A DNA stretch of 64,000 nucleotides, taken from positions 65,159 to 129,158 of the forward strand of contig CAJLPI010000004.1 of NCBI GenBank assembly GCA_905208535.1. The letters are read 5' to 3'. Numbering within the stretch: position 1 is the stretch's first letter; every line of letters starts with the position of its first letter. The notes under the pieces are model-generated. The model saw only the letters and a program-made list of their open reading frames with translations. It did not search any database and was not told where the DNA came from. This stretch comes from an uncultured Collinsella sp. GTDB taxonomy: Bacteria > Actinomycetota > Coriobacteriia > Coriobacteriales > Coriobacteriaceae. Below, in pieces: positions 1-10,956 of this stretch. The position numbers were made by a program, and so were the translations under genes.

Positions 1-450
1 GGGCTCGATGGCATCTGCCACAAAGACCACCATATCGAGCGGCGTCATGTCGCAGGCACCCACGGTGTGACGGTCGACAGCCTGGAAAACGGCCGGTGAC
101 AGCTCGGGAAAAAGCTGCGGAAGCTCATAGGCGGCAACAGGGCCATGCAAAAGCGGCGTCGCGGCGGAAGGAGAGCCGGCAACCTTGATGCCATAGTGAA
201 GCGCGCGGGCCACGAGCTCGTCATCGGAAAGAACCTTGTCCCAGTCGTGAATTAAGCCGGCGGCAGCCGCATCAAAGCGGTCAACGCCGTAGACCTCGGC
301 CAGATGAAGTGCGGTCTCGGCAACACCCAGCGAATGCACATAGCGCTTGCGCTTATCTTTCATGCGAACATCGAGCAGCTCTTGAATGCGCTTGAGCAGC
401 GCGCGCTCATCGCCCTCAAACTGATCCTCTACCGACAACGTAGCCCCCAT
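1..450 (-). CDS. yqeK: HD-domain protein YqeK (bis(5'-nucleosyl)-tetraphosphatase-like), 3' part runs off the window
   Basis: My minus-strand translation from the ATG at 450: MGATLSVEDQFEGDERALLKRIQELLDVRMKDKRKRYVHSLGVAETALHLAEVYGVD...AGLIHDWDK (HD motif). The start overlaps the nadD stop (ATGA). Canonical nadD-yqeK order. Confidence 0.7.
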   Translation of the reverse strand, partial: MGATLSVEDQFEGDERALLKRIQELLDVRMKDKRKRYVHSLGVAETALHLAEVYGVDRFDAAAAGLIHDWDKVLSDDELVARALHYGIKVAGSPSAATPLLHGPVAAYELPQLFPELSPAVFQAVDRHTVGACDMTPLDMVVFVADAIEP

Positions 451-1127
451 CACTCAAAATCTTCTTGGCCCAAATCGGCATATAGCCTGCGCTTGCGAAT
501 GTAGCCGAGCACGGACTCGCTCGTAAGATAGCGCACGCTCATGCCGCGGGCAACTCGCTTACGAATGTTCGTCGAGCTGATCGCCAGCGCCGGAATCTGA
601 ATATAGCGCACGTCGAACGGCAGTCCCGACTCTTTGATTCGGGCACGCGCCGTATCGATATCAAAGCCCGGTCGCGTCGCCGCAATAAAGGTAGCAAGCT
701 CAGCGATTCGTTCGGCATCATGCCAGGTCACAATATCGATAATCGCATCGGCGCCCGTAATAAAGTAGAGCTTTACCTGCGGCGGGTAAAAATCGCGAAG
801 GGCATGAAGCGTATCGGCCGTATAGGTTACACCCGGACGGTCAATCTCGAACCGGCTCGCCAAAAAGGCCGGGTTCGCGGCGGTGGCGAGGACCGTCATG
901 GCATAACGGTCCTCGGCAGGCGTAACCGGCTTGTCAAGCTTAAAGGCGGGAGAGCCCGCCGGCATAAAGAGCACAGCGTCCAAGTCGAGCGACTCGCGCG
1001 CCTGCTCGGCAGTCACCAGGTGCCCGTAATGAATCGGGTCGAATGTGCCGCCCATAATGCCAAGCCGAAACTCCTTGCCCTCTTTTATGGGCAGCTCGGG
1101 CAAACCGATTCCACCGCGCAGCGACAT
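450..1127 (-). CDS. nadD: nicotinate-nucleotide adenylyltransferase
   Basis: ORF track 225 aa. GIMGGTFDPIHYGHL nucleotidyltransferase (H/T)xGH motif. Lies downstream of obg. Confidence 0.9.
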   Translation of the reverse strand: MSLRGGIGLPELPIKEGKEFRLGIMGGTFDPIHYGHLVTAEQARESLDLDAVLFMPAGSPAFKLDKPVTPAEDRYAMTVLATAANPAFLASRFEIDRPGVTYTADTLHALRDFYPPQVKLYFITGADAIIDIVTWHDAERIAELATFIAATRPGFDIDTARARIKESGLPFDVRYIQIPALAISSTNIRKRVARGMSVRYLTSESVLGYIRKRRLYADLGQEDFE

Positions 1128-1130
1128 GGC

Positions 1131-2609
<1,479 letters not shown>

Positions 2610-2681
2610 CTACAAAAAGAGGGAGACCCTTGAATCCTAAAACTCAAGTGCCTCCCACATATGTGCTCTATGAAGGGTGAA

Positions 2682-2939
2682 TTACGCGTTCGCGAGCGGG
2701 CGTACGCTGACCCTGTGCTTGATACCCTTGTGGAACTCAACGGTACCGTCGACCAGCGCGAACAGCGTGTCGTCCTTGCCACGGCCAACGTTCTCACCCG
2801 GGTGGATGTGCGTGCCGTGCTGACGGACGAGAATCGTGCCCGTGGTTACCGTCTGGCCGGCATAGCGCTTCGTGCCAAGGCGCTGACCGCGGGAGTCACG
2901 GCCATTACGGGAGGAACCGAGTCCTTTTTTGTGTGCCAT
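2682..2939 (-). CDS. rpmA: 50S ribosomal protein L27
   Basis: 85 aa, [29 protein letters not shown] is the canonical L27 N-terminus. Confidence 0.97.
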   Translation of the reverse strand: MAHKKGLGSSRNGRDSRGQRLGTKRYAGQTVTTGTILVRQHGTHIHPGENVGRGKDDTLFALVDGTVEFHKGIKHRVSVRPLANA

Positions 2940-2972
2940 TGTGTATACCTACTCTTTCGTTACGAGTGTAAT

Positions 2973-3347
2973 CTACTCGGCGACGGGAGCCTCGGCAACA
3001 GCCTCGGCCTCTGCCTTGACAGCCTTCTTGGCGCGGGACGTAGCCTGGACCTTCACGATCTTCAGCTTGGTGAGCTGCTGACGGTGACCCTTCAGACGAC
3101 GATAGCGCTTACGCTTGTGGAACTTGAAGACCAGCTGCTTCTCGCCCTTGAACTGCTCAACGATCTGAGCGGTAACCTTGGCCTTGGCCAGCTTGTCGGG
3201 ATCGGTGACGATCTTCTTACCATCGTTGAGGAAGATGACCGGCAGGGTGACCTTGTCGCCCTCATTGCCCTCGATCTTCTCGACGGTGATGACATCGTCG
3301 GTGGCGACCTTGTACTGCTTGCCGCCCGTGTTAACGATTGCGTACAT
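2973..3347 (-). CDS. rplU: 50S ribosomal protein L21
   Basis: ORF 2973..3368. I place the start at MYAIVNTGGKQYKV (3347), the canonical L21 N-terminus. Immediately upstream of rpmA. Confidence 0.92.
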   Translation of the reverse strand: MYAIVNTGGKQYKVATDDVITVEKIEGNEGDKVTLPVIFLNDGKKIVTDPDKLAKAKVTAQIVEQFKGEKQLVFKFHKRKRYRRLKGHRQQLTKLKIVKVQATSRAKKAVKAEAEAVAEAPVAE

Positions 3348-3414
3348 GTTTACTTGCCCTTCATGCATCAGTTAGTGCAACAGCCGAATATAGTAGCAGG
3401 CGATAATACCCCCG

Positions 3415-4227
3415 TCAACGAGTATGTGGAGCAAATCCACAAGTTCGCACAGGTATGGGGCTGACGAGTCGGCCCTCGTCGTCCTCGCATGCTTGATTCT
3501 GACGCTCGACATCGTAGGAGCAGATGGTCACGAGGTCTTGCATACCGGTGGAAACAATAGGTGCATCCACGCCCGGGGTCAAGCCCTGCAACAAAACATC
3601 AGCAGCGGAAAGTAAAATTTCCGGACGCATGGAGCCCTCGTTGTCGGCATGGGTGTCGAGCATAAGCACCAAATGGTCCGGGCGATCCCCCGCCGTGAGC
3701 TCATAGCCCACGAGCGTGTGATCCAAATCCAAGCGCTTACTCTTTTTGCCGCGCGCGTAGTCGATGCCATGGTCCGCGCGCAGCGTGTCGATCGCACGAC
3801 GCACTTCGTCGGCGCTTACGGGCGCCTCGGGATCCAAGTGCAGGTCGATGCGATACGACAGACGCGTGAGTTGCGCCGTCAACGCCGGCGTGCGCACGTC
3901 GATATACGCCGCCTCGATGGGCGCCAGATCGGCCGGAGACGCCACGGCCAGGCGCCCAAACGCCTCGTCGAGCGCCACGAACTCGGTCATAAACAGGTCA
4001 TACCACTCGCAGATCGACGACGTACCCACCGGTAGCGCCGAAGAGAAGCCCACGCGCATGTGCGGAGAGAAGCCCTGCGTGACGGCATAGGGAAGTCCCG
4101 CACGGCGCACGATGCGCTCAATGGTATGGATTACTTCGAGATGGCCCAGGTACTTAAGGCGATCGCGCTTGCCATAGCGAACACGAAGCCTAAAGAGCGT
4201 GGGGTTGTCAGTCAGGCGCTCACTCAT
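3415..4227 (-). CDS. radical-SAM-associated protein (TIGR03936/DUF2344-like)
   Basis: 270 aa, FRLRVRYGKRDRLKYLGHLEVIHTIERIVRRAGLPYAVTQGFSPHMRV. Overlaps by 4 nt the upstream radical SAM gene with which this family is normally paired. Confidence 0.75.
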   Translation of the reverse strand: MSERLTDNPTLFRLRVRYGKRDRLKYLGHLEVIHTIERIVRRAGLPYAVTQGFSPHMRVGFSSALPVGTSSICEWYDLFMTEFVALDEAFGRLAVASPADLAPIEAAYIDVRTPALTAQLTRLSYRIDLHLDPEAPVSADEVRRAIDTLRADHGIDYARGKKSKRLDLDHTLVGYELTAGDRPDHLVLMLDTHADNEGSMRPEILLSAADVLLQGLTPGVDAPIVSTGMQDLVTICSYDVERQNQACEDDEGRLVSPIPVRTCGFAPHTR

Positions 4228-6101
4228 GCGCGATCACCCATCAATACATTCTTGGCGTGGAGCGTGGGGCAGATTCCGCAGCCGGTGCACGACGTGCGGG
4301 TGCAGTCGGGAGTCGTGACACCCTCGAGCGAGCGACGGTACTCGCGCTCGAGGAAGCCGCGCGTGCAGCCGGGGCTCACGTGCTCCCACGGCAGGCGCCA
4401 GTCCAACTCGTAGGGCAGGTGCACGAGCTCATTGAGGTCGATGCCGTTTTTGGCAGCAGCCTCCTTCCAGTTATCGAGCGAGAAATGCTCTACCCAGGCG
4501 TCAAAGCGAGAGCCAGCGCGCCAAGCATCGATGATGACGGGCGTCATGTCACGCCCGGCGCGGGACAGCGCGGCCTCGATGAGCGAGGTCTCGGCATCGT
4601 GGTAATGCACGCGGACGGCACGGTTGCGAACGCTCGTGATAAGCAGCTTCTGGCGACGCTTGACGTCGTCGTAGTCGAGCTGCGGGCACCACTGGAACGG
4701 CGTGGCAGCCTTGGGGATAAACACCGAAACCGAGATGGACACCGAGATCGAGCCGCGACGAGCCTTGGGCACCACGGAACGACCGAGCTCCAGCACGTGA
4801 TCGGCCAGATTGGCGATGGCCACGATGTCCTCGTCGCGCTCGCCGGGAAGGCCCATCATAAAGTAGAGCTTCATGCGGTTCCAGCCGGCCTCGAAGGCCG
4901 CCTTGGCCGCACGGTCCAGGTCCTCCTCGGTCACGTTCTTGTTAATGATGTCGCGCATGCGCTGGCTGCCGGCCTCGGGTGCGAACGTCAGGCCGCCCTT
5001 CTTTTCGCCGGCGACCGACTCGGCCATATCCACGCCAAACGAATCCAGGCGCTGCGACGGAATAGACACGCGAATACCCGTATCCTCCAGGCGACGGTTG
5101 AGCCTGCCGAGCACGTCGCGAATGCAGGAGTGGTCGGTCGTGGAGAGCGAGGTCAGCGACACCTCGTCATAGCCGGTCTTTTCCAGACCCTGAATCACCG
5201 ACGAGACGATCTGGTCGGCCGAGCGCTCGCGCACCGGGCGATACGTCATGCCGGCCTGGCAAAAACGACAGCCGCGGGCGCAGCCACGCAGGATCTCAAT
5301 AGACAGGCGGTCGTGGACCAGCTGCGCATAGGGTACACACGACTGCGACAGCGGATTCGTGGCGCCGAAATCCTCGACGACGCGCTTGTAGACCACGACC
5401 GGAGCATCCTTGCCCTCACGCGGCACGGTGTAGCCATGCGGCGAGCAGGGCTCATCGTGACGAACCTCATAGAGCGACGGCACGTAGTTGCCGGCAATGG
5501 ATGCAAGCTGCTCAACAATCTGCGCGCGCGGGACTCCTTCGTCACGCAGGCGGCGATGCAGCTGGCAGGTCTCGAGCAGCGATTCCTCGCCCTCGCCGAT
5601 GAGGATGGCATCGAAGAAGGCCGCGTACGGCTCAGGGTTGTACACCGAGGGGCCGCCGGCGATGATGATGGGGTCGTCTTCGCCTCGGTCGGCCGCTAAC
5701 AGCGGAATGCCAGCGAGGTCGAGCGCCTCGAGGAAGTTCGTCACCGCCATCTCGTGCGGCACATGCAGGCCGACGATATCAAACGAAGCGACCGGCGCTG
5801 CACCCTCGAGCGAGAGCAGCGGAATGCCTGCCTCGCGCATAGCGTCACCCATATCGGGCCACGGCACATAGCCACGCTCGCAGGAGATGCCCTCGGCCTG
5901 GTTAAGGATGTTGTAGAGGATGGCGATACCCTGGTTGGGCAGACCAACCTCGTACACATCCGGGTAGATCAGGCAGCAACGGTAGTCGGCATCGGCCTTT
6001 GAAAGCGTGCCCCACTCGTGATCGATATAGCGGCTCGGCTTTTCGACCTTGGCGAGCAGCGGCTCAATTAAATGAAAGCAGTCTTGATACGGAACGCGCA
6101 A
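4224..6101 (-). CDS. B12-binding-domain radical SAM protein (TIGR03960-like)
   Basis: 625 aa. CxxxCxxC cluster motif GCARGCRFCQAG. Large N-terminal domain before the SAM core. Confidence 0.8.
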   Translation of the reverse strand: MRVPYQDCFHLIEPLLAKVEKPSRYIDHEWGTLSKADADYRCCLIYPDVYEVGLPNQGIAILYNILNQAEGISCERGYVPWPDMGDAMREAGIPLLSLEGAAPVASFDIVGLHVPHEMAVTNFLEALDLAGIPLLAADRGEDDPIIIAGGPSVYNPEPYAAFFDAILIGEGEESLLETCQLHRRLRDEGVPRAQIVEQLASIAGNYVPSLYEVRHDEPCSPHGYTVPREGKDAPVVVYKRVVEDFGATNPLSQSCVPYAQLVHDRLSIEILRGCARGCRFCQAGMTYRPVRERSADQIVSSVIQGLEKTGYDEVSLTSLSTTDHSCIRDVLGRLNRRLEDTGIRVSIPSQRLDSFGVDMAESVAGEKKGGLTFAPEAGSQRMRDIINKNVTEEDLDRAAKAAFEAGWNRMKLYFMMGLPGERDEDIVAIANLADHVLELGRSVVPKARRGSISVSISVSVFIPKAATPFQWCPQLDYDDVKRRQKLLITSVRNRAVRVHYHDAETSLIEAALSRAGRDMTPVIIDAWRAGSRFDAWVEHFSLDNWKEAAAKNGIDLNELVHLPYELDWRLPWEHVSPGCTRGFLEREYRRSLEGVTTPDCTRTSCTGCGICPTLHAKNVLMGDRA

Positions 6102-6111
6102 CGGAAAACCC

Positions 6112-7041
6112 CTAAGCAGCGAGATCGGATGCGTCTTGGTAGGACGCCATAGGACGGGTAGCGCCCGCGACCGTGGTCACCAGATCGCGAACGCGGGAGA
6201 ACGTGGCAGTGACCACCTCGTTGGCACGGCTGTAGTCGACATCGCGCTCGTAGAGCGAAACGAGCGCACGGCCCATGCCATAGGTGCCCGCGGCAGCAGT
6301 GAGCGCCTTGACGGCAAACCCAATATGCGGCGTCTGCTTGACGAGCGCACGGGTGACCGCGCGGATCACAAGACCGCCGGCAAGCACGCCCGCGACCTCG
6401 TAGCCGCGCTCAGGCTTAATGCCGCGTCCAAAGACGGCAGCGAGCTCAAAGAGCATGCCCACCTGAGCCAGCGCCATAACGGGATAATCGGCGCCCGGCA
6501 AAAACACCAGCGCACCGGTCGCCATATTGGTGAGCGCGCACGAGGTAATGATACGATTGGCCGCCGCGATGCGCATAAAGGCAAAGTTCGCCGCAAAAGC
6601 CGTTTCCTTGTCGGTGCGATCGAGAATCCAGCGGGCAAGCGTCTCGAGCAGATACGTCTTATCGGTTGCCGCCACCACGCCGAGCATGGGCGTGGACTCC
6701 TCGATAAACGGCACCTCCACAGCAGACTCGGCAAGCACGCACACGGGCGCGCCGGCGATCACGAGCTCCTGCACGGCACTCTCCAGGCGGTCGGAACCAC
6801 ACGAGAGCACCAGTACCACATCGGTATCGGTCTTTGGAGCAATTCGCTCCTCCCCCAGACGCTCGACGCGCACAATGCCCGAGGTCGTCTGCGGCACAAA
6901 GGCGTCACGCACCGTCTCGGCCAGAAAGCGCGAGGCGGACGAATCCAGATAGACCGAGACGCGCACCGGCGTATCGGAATCCTTCTTAACGGACGCGCCC
7001 ATCTTAAAAGCGCGGGTCAGCTTATCTACGGGAATTTTCAT
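6112..7041 (-). CDS. hypothetical protein (soluble N-domain plus hydrophobic Gly/Ala-rich C-domain)
   Basis: 309-aa ORF tightly packed between rodA and the radical SAM gene on the same strand. I recognise no diagnostic motif. Confidence 0.5.
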   Translation of the reverse strand: MKIPVDKLTRAFKMGASVKKDSDTPVRVSVYLDSSASRFLAETVRDAFVPQTTSGIVRVERLGEERIAPKTDTDVVLVLSCGSDRLESAVQELVIAGAPVCVLAESAVEVPFIEESTPMLGVVAATDKTYLLETLARWILDRTDKETAFAANFAFMRIAAANRIITSCALTNMATGALVFLPGADYPVMALAQVGMLFELAAVFGRGIKPERGYEVAGVLAGGLVIRAVTRALVKQTPHIGFAVKALTAAAGTYGMGRALVSLYERDVDYSRANEVVTATFSRVRDLVTTVAGATRPMASYQDASDLAA

Positions 7042-7059
7042 AGCAAACCCCTCCAGCGG

Positions 7060-8286
7060 TTACGCGGCGCCCGAACGATGCCGCCATATGGATTGTACGA
7101 TACCCACCGTCAGCAGCTGAATCATCATCGAAGACGAACCGAAGCTAATAAACGGTAGCGGAATACCGGTAATCGGCATCATGCCAATGCACATGCCGAT
7201 GTTTTCGAAGGTCTGGAACGCCCACATGCCAACGATGCCCACACACGATAGGCGCAAGAACAGCGACTCACACTTAAAGGCGACGCGAATCGTCGAAAAG
7301 ATCAGCAGCACGTAGAGGCATAGGAGCAAAAAGGAACCGCAAAAGCCAAAGGTCTCGGACAGGAAGGCGAAGACGAAGTCGGTGTGGAACTCAGGCAGAA
7401 AGCCGCCGGCCGACTGCGTCGCATGGCCCAAACCCTTACCAAAGAAGCCACCCGAGCCAACGGCGATAAGCGACTGCTGCAGGTTGTAGGCATCGTCCGA
7501 ATCGGCATTATCGGGGTCGATAAAGACCGTCAGGCGGTTCATCTGGTACTGCTTGATGAGCACATCGTGGCCGAGCAACGAATCAAAGACCGAATCGAGC
7601 GCCAGGACGAGGGCCACCAGGCCCACGAGCAGGGCCAGGGTCGACAGCACCCATTCGCGGCGCGCACCGCTCATGCAGATGACGATGGCGCCCGAGACCA
7701 GCACGACCAGGCCCGAGCCCAGGTCGCCCATGGCAACGACGGCCAAAAACGGGATGGACAGCATGCCGCAGAGCTTGACGTAGTCGCGAACGGTATCGAT
7801 GCGGCCGTTATACTGCGAGCCAAGCGTGGCGATAAAGAAGATGGTGATGAGCTTGGCAAGCTCGACCGGCTGGAATGTCAAGCCGATACCGGGAATCTTG
7901 ATCCAGCCCGTCATGCCCAGACCGCCCGTATAGGACAGACCCGGAATCTTGGGCGAAAAGATCACGATCAGGTCGATGACGAGCAACGCCGTCGAGAAAT
8001 TGGAAATACCGCGCAGGTCGGTACGCCAGACCAGCACCGCCAGCAACGCCCCGATACCAATTCCCAGCAGATGGCGTGAGAACGAAGCATCGGCCTTAAA
8101 CTGCGAAGCCGACCAGATAATGATGGCACCGTAGGCGACGAGCGCCACTGTGGCCACGAGCACACCGATATGCACCTTTTGGCGAAACGTGCCGCGCGAG
8201 GCCGAAAGTTGCTTGTTGACGCGGTCCAGGCTGCTGCGAGAGCCGGTCTTGGTTGAACGGAACAGATCCGCCGGAGAAAAATCCAT
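7060..8286 (-). CDS. rodA: SEDS-family peptidoglycan glycosyltransferase RodA (FtsW/RodA/SpoVE)
   Basis: 408 aa, polytopic. Family motifs QQSLIAVGSGGFFGKGLG and LPEFHTDFVFA. Directly downstream of PBP2 and mreBCD. Confidence 0.85.
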   Translation of the reverse strand: MDFSPADLFRSTKTGSRSSLDRVNKQLSASRGTFRQKVHIGVLVATVALVAYGAIIIWSASQFKADASFSRHLLGIGIGALLAVLVWRTDLRGISNFSTALLVIDLIVIFSPKIPGLSYTGGLGMTGWIKIPGIGLTFQPVELAKLITIFFIATLGSQYNGRIDTVRDYVKLCGMLSIPFLAVVAMGDLGSGLVVLVSGAIVICMSGARREWVLSTLALLVGLVALVLALDSVFDSLLGHDVLIKQYQMNRLTVFIDPDNADSDDAYNLQQSLIAVGSGGFFGKGLGHATQSAGGFLPEFHTDFVFAFLSETFGFCGSFLLLCLYVLLIFSTIRVAFKCESLFLRLSCVGIVGMWAFQTFENIGMCIGMMPITGIPLPFISFGSSSMMIQLLTVGIVQSIWRHRSGAA

Positions 8287-8295
8287 CGCAACCTC

Positions 8296-10365
8296 CTATC
8301 GAACCGAAGAATCGCCCGAGGCCGAAGAGGTATCGGGCTCGTCATAAATCACGCCGAGCACATCGCGCACGACATGCATCGCGGTATCTGAGCCACCGCC
8401 GCCCTGCTCCAGGACAGTAGCGATGACATACTTGGGATCATCGGCCGGCGCATAGGCGCAAAACCACGCGTATTCGTCCTCGCCGCTTTTCTCGCCCGTG
8501 CCCGACTTGCCGTATACCTGCGGCGTCAGGGTGCCAAAGTGAGCCGCCAAGGACGTCGATGCCGTGTAAATCACGTCGTGCATGCCGTTGCGAACAAGAG
8601 CCAAATCCGAATCGCTGTTGATCTTGGCCTCCAGGCGCTTCTTCTTGCCCTTGCCGTTGTACTTATAGGCATCGCCGTCGCCATCGCGCGACACGGCAGA
8701 CAAAAACACGTGAGGCACGTACTGCTTACCGCCGTTGGCAAGGCCCATGTAGGCGCATGCCATCTGCAGAGGCGTCACCAAAATGTCGCCCTGGCCGATG
8801 GCGATGTTGGTCATATCGCCGGCATTCCACTTGCGGTCCTCGGCAGAGGCGTCGGTGAAGTACGACTCTTTCCACTCGGCATCGGGAATACGGCCCGCGC
8901 CCTCACTCGGCAGATCGATACCGCAGGTCTTGCCTAGGCCCCAGCGACGAAAGACCTCCTGCAGCCCCTCGGAATGTTGCTCGTCATAAAAGAACGCCTT
9001 GCCCATGTCGTAGAAGACGGGGTCGCACGAGTTGGCGATACCCGACTGCAGCGTCATGGTGCCGTGGCCAGACGTCAACCAGCAGCGCTTGCCCCAAGCC
9101 TTGCCCAAGCCCGTCCAATAGCCCGTGCAGTTGGTTGTCTGTGTTGAAGTGTAGGTTCCAAACTCAAGACCGGCCAGTGCCGAAAGCGGCTTGATGGTCG
9201 AGGCCGACATGTACTGTCCGCTAATGGCGCGGTTGAGCAGCGGGTGCGAACCCTTGTCATCATTGAGTTCGGTCCACACGTCATTTGAGACGCCGCCGAT
9301 AAAGACGGAAGGATCGAACTTGGGCTCGCTCGCCATGCCCAGGATCTCGCCATTGTTGGGATCGAGACACACCACAGCGCCGTTGCCGGCATTGCTGTAG
9401 CCAGTGGTCTTGGCAAGCTCGATGGCGCTCGCCAGCGCCGTCTCACAGGCCTGTTGGATCTTAAGGTCGAGCGTGAGCTTAATGTCGGAGCCGGCCTTGG
9501 CGGGCACGGCGCCGGCCTGACCGGTCACATTGCCCGAGGCATCGACCTTGACGGTCTGCTCGCCACGAATACCCTGCAGCAGGTTTTCGTAGTAGCTCTC
9601 AACACCCGCCTGGCCCACGATATCGCCCGACTGGTACGTAATCCGGCCAGCAGAAGCATCATCATCGCCAGAGGTTTTCTTGTTCTGGGCCTCGAGCTGC
9701 TCGGAGGTAATGGTGCCGGTATAGCCCAAGATATGGCATGCCGTCTCGCCATATGGATACTGGCGCTCGGTACGCTCAGCAATCTTGACGCCCGGGAACT
9801 CGCCGGCGTGCTCCTGAATATAGGCAACCGTGGAGCGACGGACGTCCGTCGCGATGGTATGCAGGCTCTGAGCGCCCTCGGAATTGTCCTGAATATTGCG
9901 CAGAACCGCCACGTAGGGCATACCGAGCACGTTGGCAAGATGGCGAACCAGAACCTCATCCTCGGCAAGGTCGCGGTAGGCCACGACAGCAAGTGAGGGA
10001 CGGTTCTGGACAAGTGCCACGCCATTGCGGTCGAGGATGCGGCCGCGCACAGCGGGTGTGGTAACGGTGCGCGTCTGATTGCTATTAGCCTGCTTTTCGT
10101 AATAGTCCGACGAGACCATCTGCATGCCCCACAGCTTGACGGCAAGCGCCGCGAACATCGCGCCCACACCCGTGGTGAGGATGGAGAAGCGGCCCTTAAA
10201 GGCGGTCGCCGCGGTATTGCCCTCGCCCTCGGTGGCGCGCGGGGCCGTCCCATGCTGCGTATCGTAGGTAAAACGAGAATCGCCGCGACGCATGATGACC
10301 AGTGCGACCACGATGGCCACAACCAGCACGATACCGGCGATAATAACCGTCATCTGGGAAGACAT
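8296..10365 (-). CDS. mrdA: penicillin-binding protein 2 (elongasome transpeptidase)
   Basis: 689 aa. N-terminal TM, PBP dimerisation domain, transpeptidase SxxK (STIKP), SxN-like and KSGTG motifs. Sits between mreD and rodA. Confidence 0.85.
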   Translation of the reverse strand: MSSQMTVIIAGIVLVVAIVVALVIMRRGDSRFTYDTQHGTAPRATEGEGNTAATAFKGRFSILTTGVGAMFAALAVKLWGMQMVSSDYYEKQANSNQTRTVTTPAVRGRILDRNGVALVQNRPSLAVVAYRDLAEDEVLVRHLANVLGMPYVAVLRNIQDNSEGAQSLHTIATDVRRSTVAYIQEHAGEFPGVKIAERTERQYPYGETACHILGYTGTITSEQLEAQNKKTSGDDDASAGRITYQSGDIVGQAGVESYYENLLQGIRGEQTVKVDASGNVTGQAGAVPAKAGSDIKLTLDLKIQQACETALASAIELAKTTGYSNAGNGAVVCLDPNNGEILGMASEPKFDPSVFIGGVSNDVWTELNDDKGSHPLLNRAISGQYMSASTIKPLSALAGLEFGTYTSTQTTNCTGYWTGLGKAWGKRCWLTSGHGTMTLQSGIANSCDPVFYDMGKAFFYDEQHSEGLQEVFRRWGLGKTCGIDLPSEGAGRIPDAEWKESYFTDASAEDRKWNAGDMTNIAIGQGDILVTPLQMACAYMGLANGGKQYVPHVFLSAVSRDGDGDAYKYNGKGKKKRLEAKINSDSDLALVRNGMHDVIYTASTSLAAHFGTLTPQVYGKSGTGEKSGEDEYAWFCAYAPADDPKYVIATVLEQGGGGSDTAMHVVRDVLGVIYDEPDTSSASGDSSVR

Positions 10366-10378
10366 CTACGAGCCTCCC

Positions 10379-10951
10379 CTATTTGAGCTTACGGGTCTTG
10401 GGCTTAAAGCGCATGCCCGTCTGGCGTCCGCCACGTGCGGAGAATCCATAACCGGACTGCGGCACGACGCCGGACATCAAAAACGGAATGGCAACCAGAC
10501 CCGTCAGGATCGAAGACGGCAGCGCATGGCCGAAGATCGCCACGACAAAGCTCGTCTCCAAACCCATAAACAGCAAGATGATGCTGTAGATCACATTAAT
10601 GACGAACGCGAAGGCGCCCACCGTGATGCCGCGCGCACTCGGGGCACCGCCCGTCTGACCGGCAGCGCTATGCACCAGGGCAAAAGAACCCACGGTCAGC
10701 AGGAGCGACATAACGCCCACCGGCACGGCAGCGGAAAGGTCATAGAACAAGCCGCTGCAAAAACCGCACACGACGGCACGGGTCGGGTCGCCCGAGAACA
10801 CGCTTAGGCACACCAGGATAATCATAAAGTTGACGCGACCGCCCGCAATGGAGATCTGCGGTGCCAGGCCTGCCTGCAGCAGCACGCACACAATGGCGGC
10901 GATTACAAACGTGCGGGAGCTCATCCCCTGCTCGTGTAGATCCATGGACAT
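10379..10951 (-). CDS. mreD: rod shape-determining protein MreD
   Basis: 190 aa, hydrophobic multi-TM, immediately after mreC. The call rests on position and topology. Confidence 0.7.
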   Translation of the reverse strand: MSMDLHEQGMSSRTFVIAAIVCVLLQAGLAPQISIAGGRVNFMIILVCLSVFSGDPTRAVVCGFCSGLFYDLSAAVPVGVMSLLLTVGSFALVHSAAGQTGGAPSARGITVGAFAFVINVIYSIILLFMGLETSFVVAIFGHALPSSILTGLVAIPFLMSGVVPQSGYGFSARGGRQTGMRFKPKTRKLK

Positions 10952-10956
10952 GCCCC

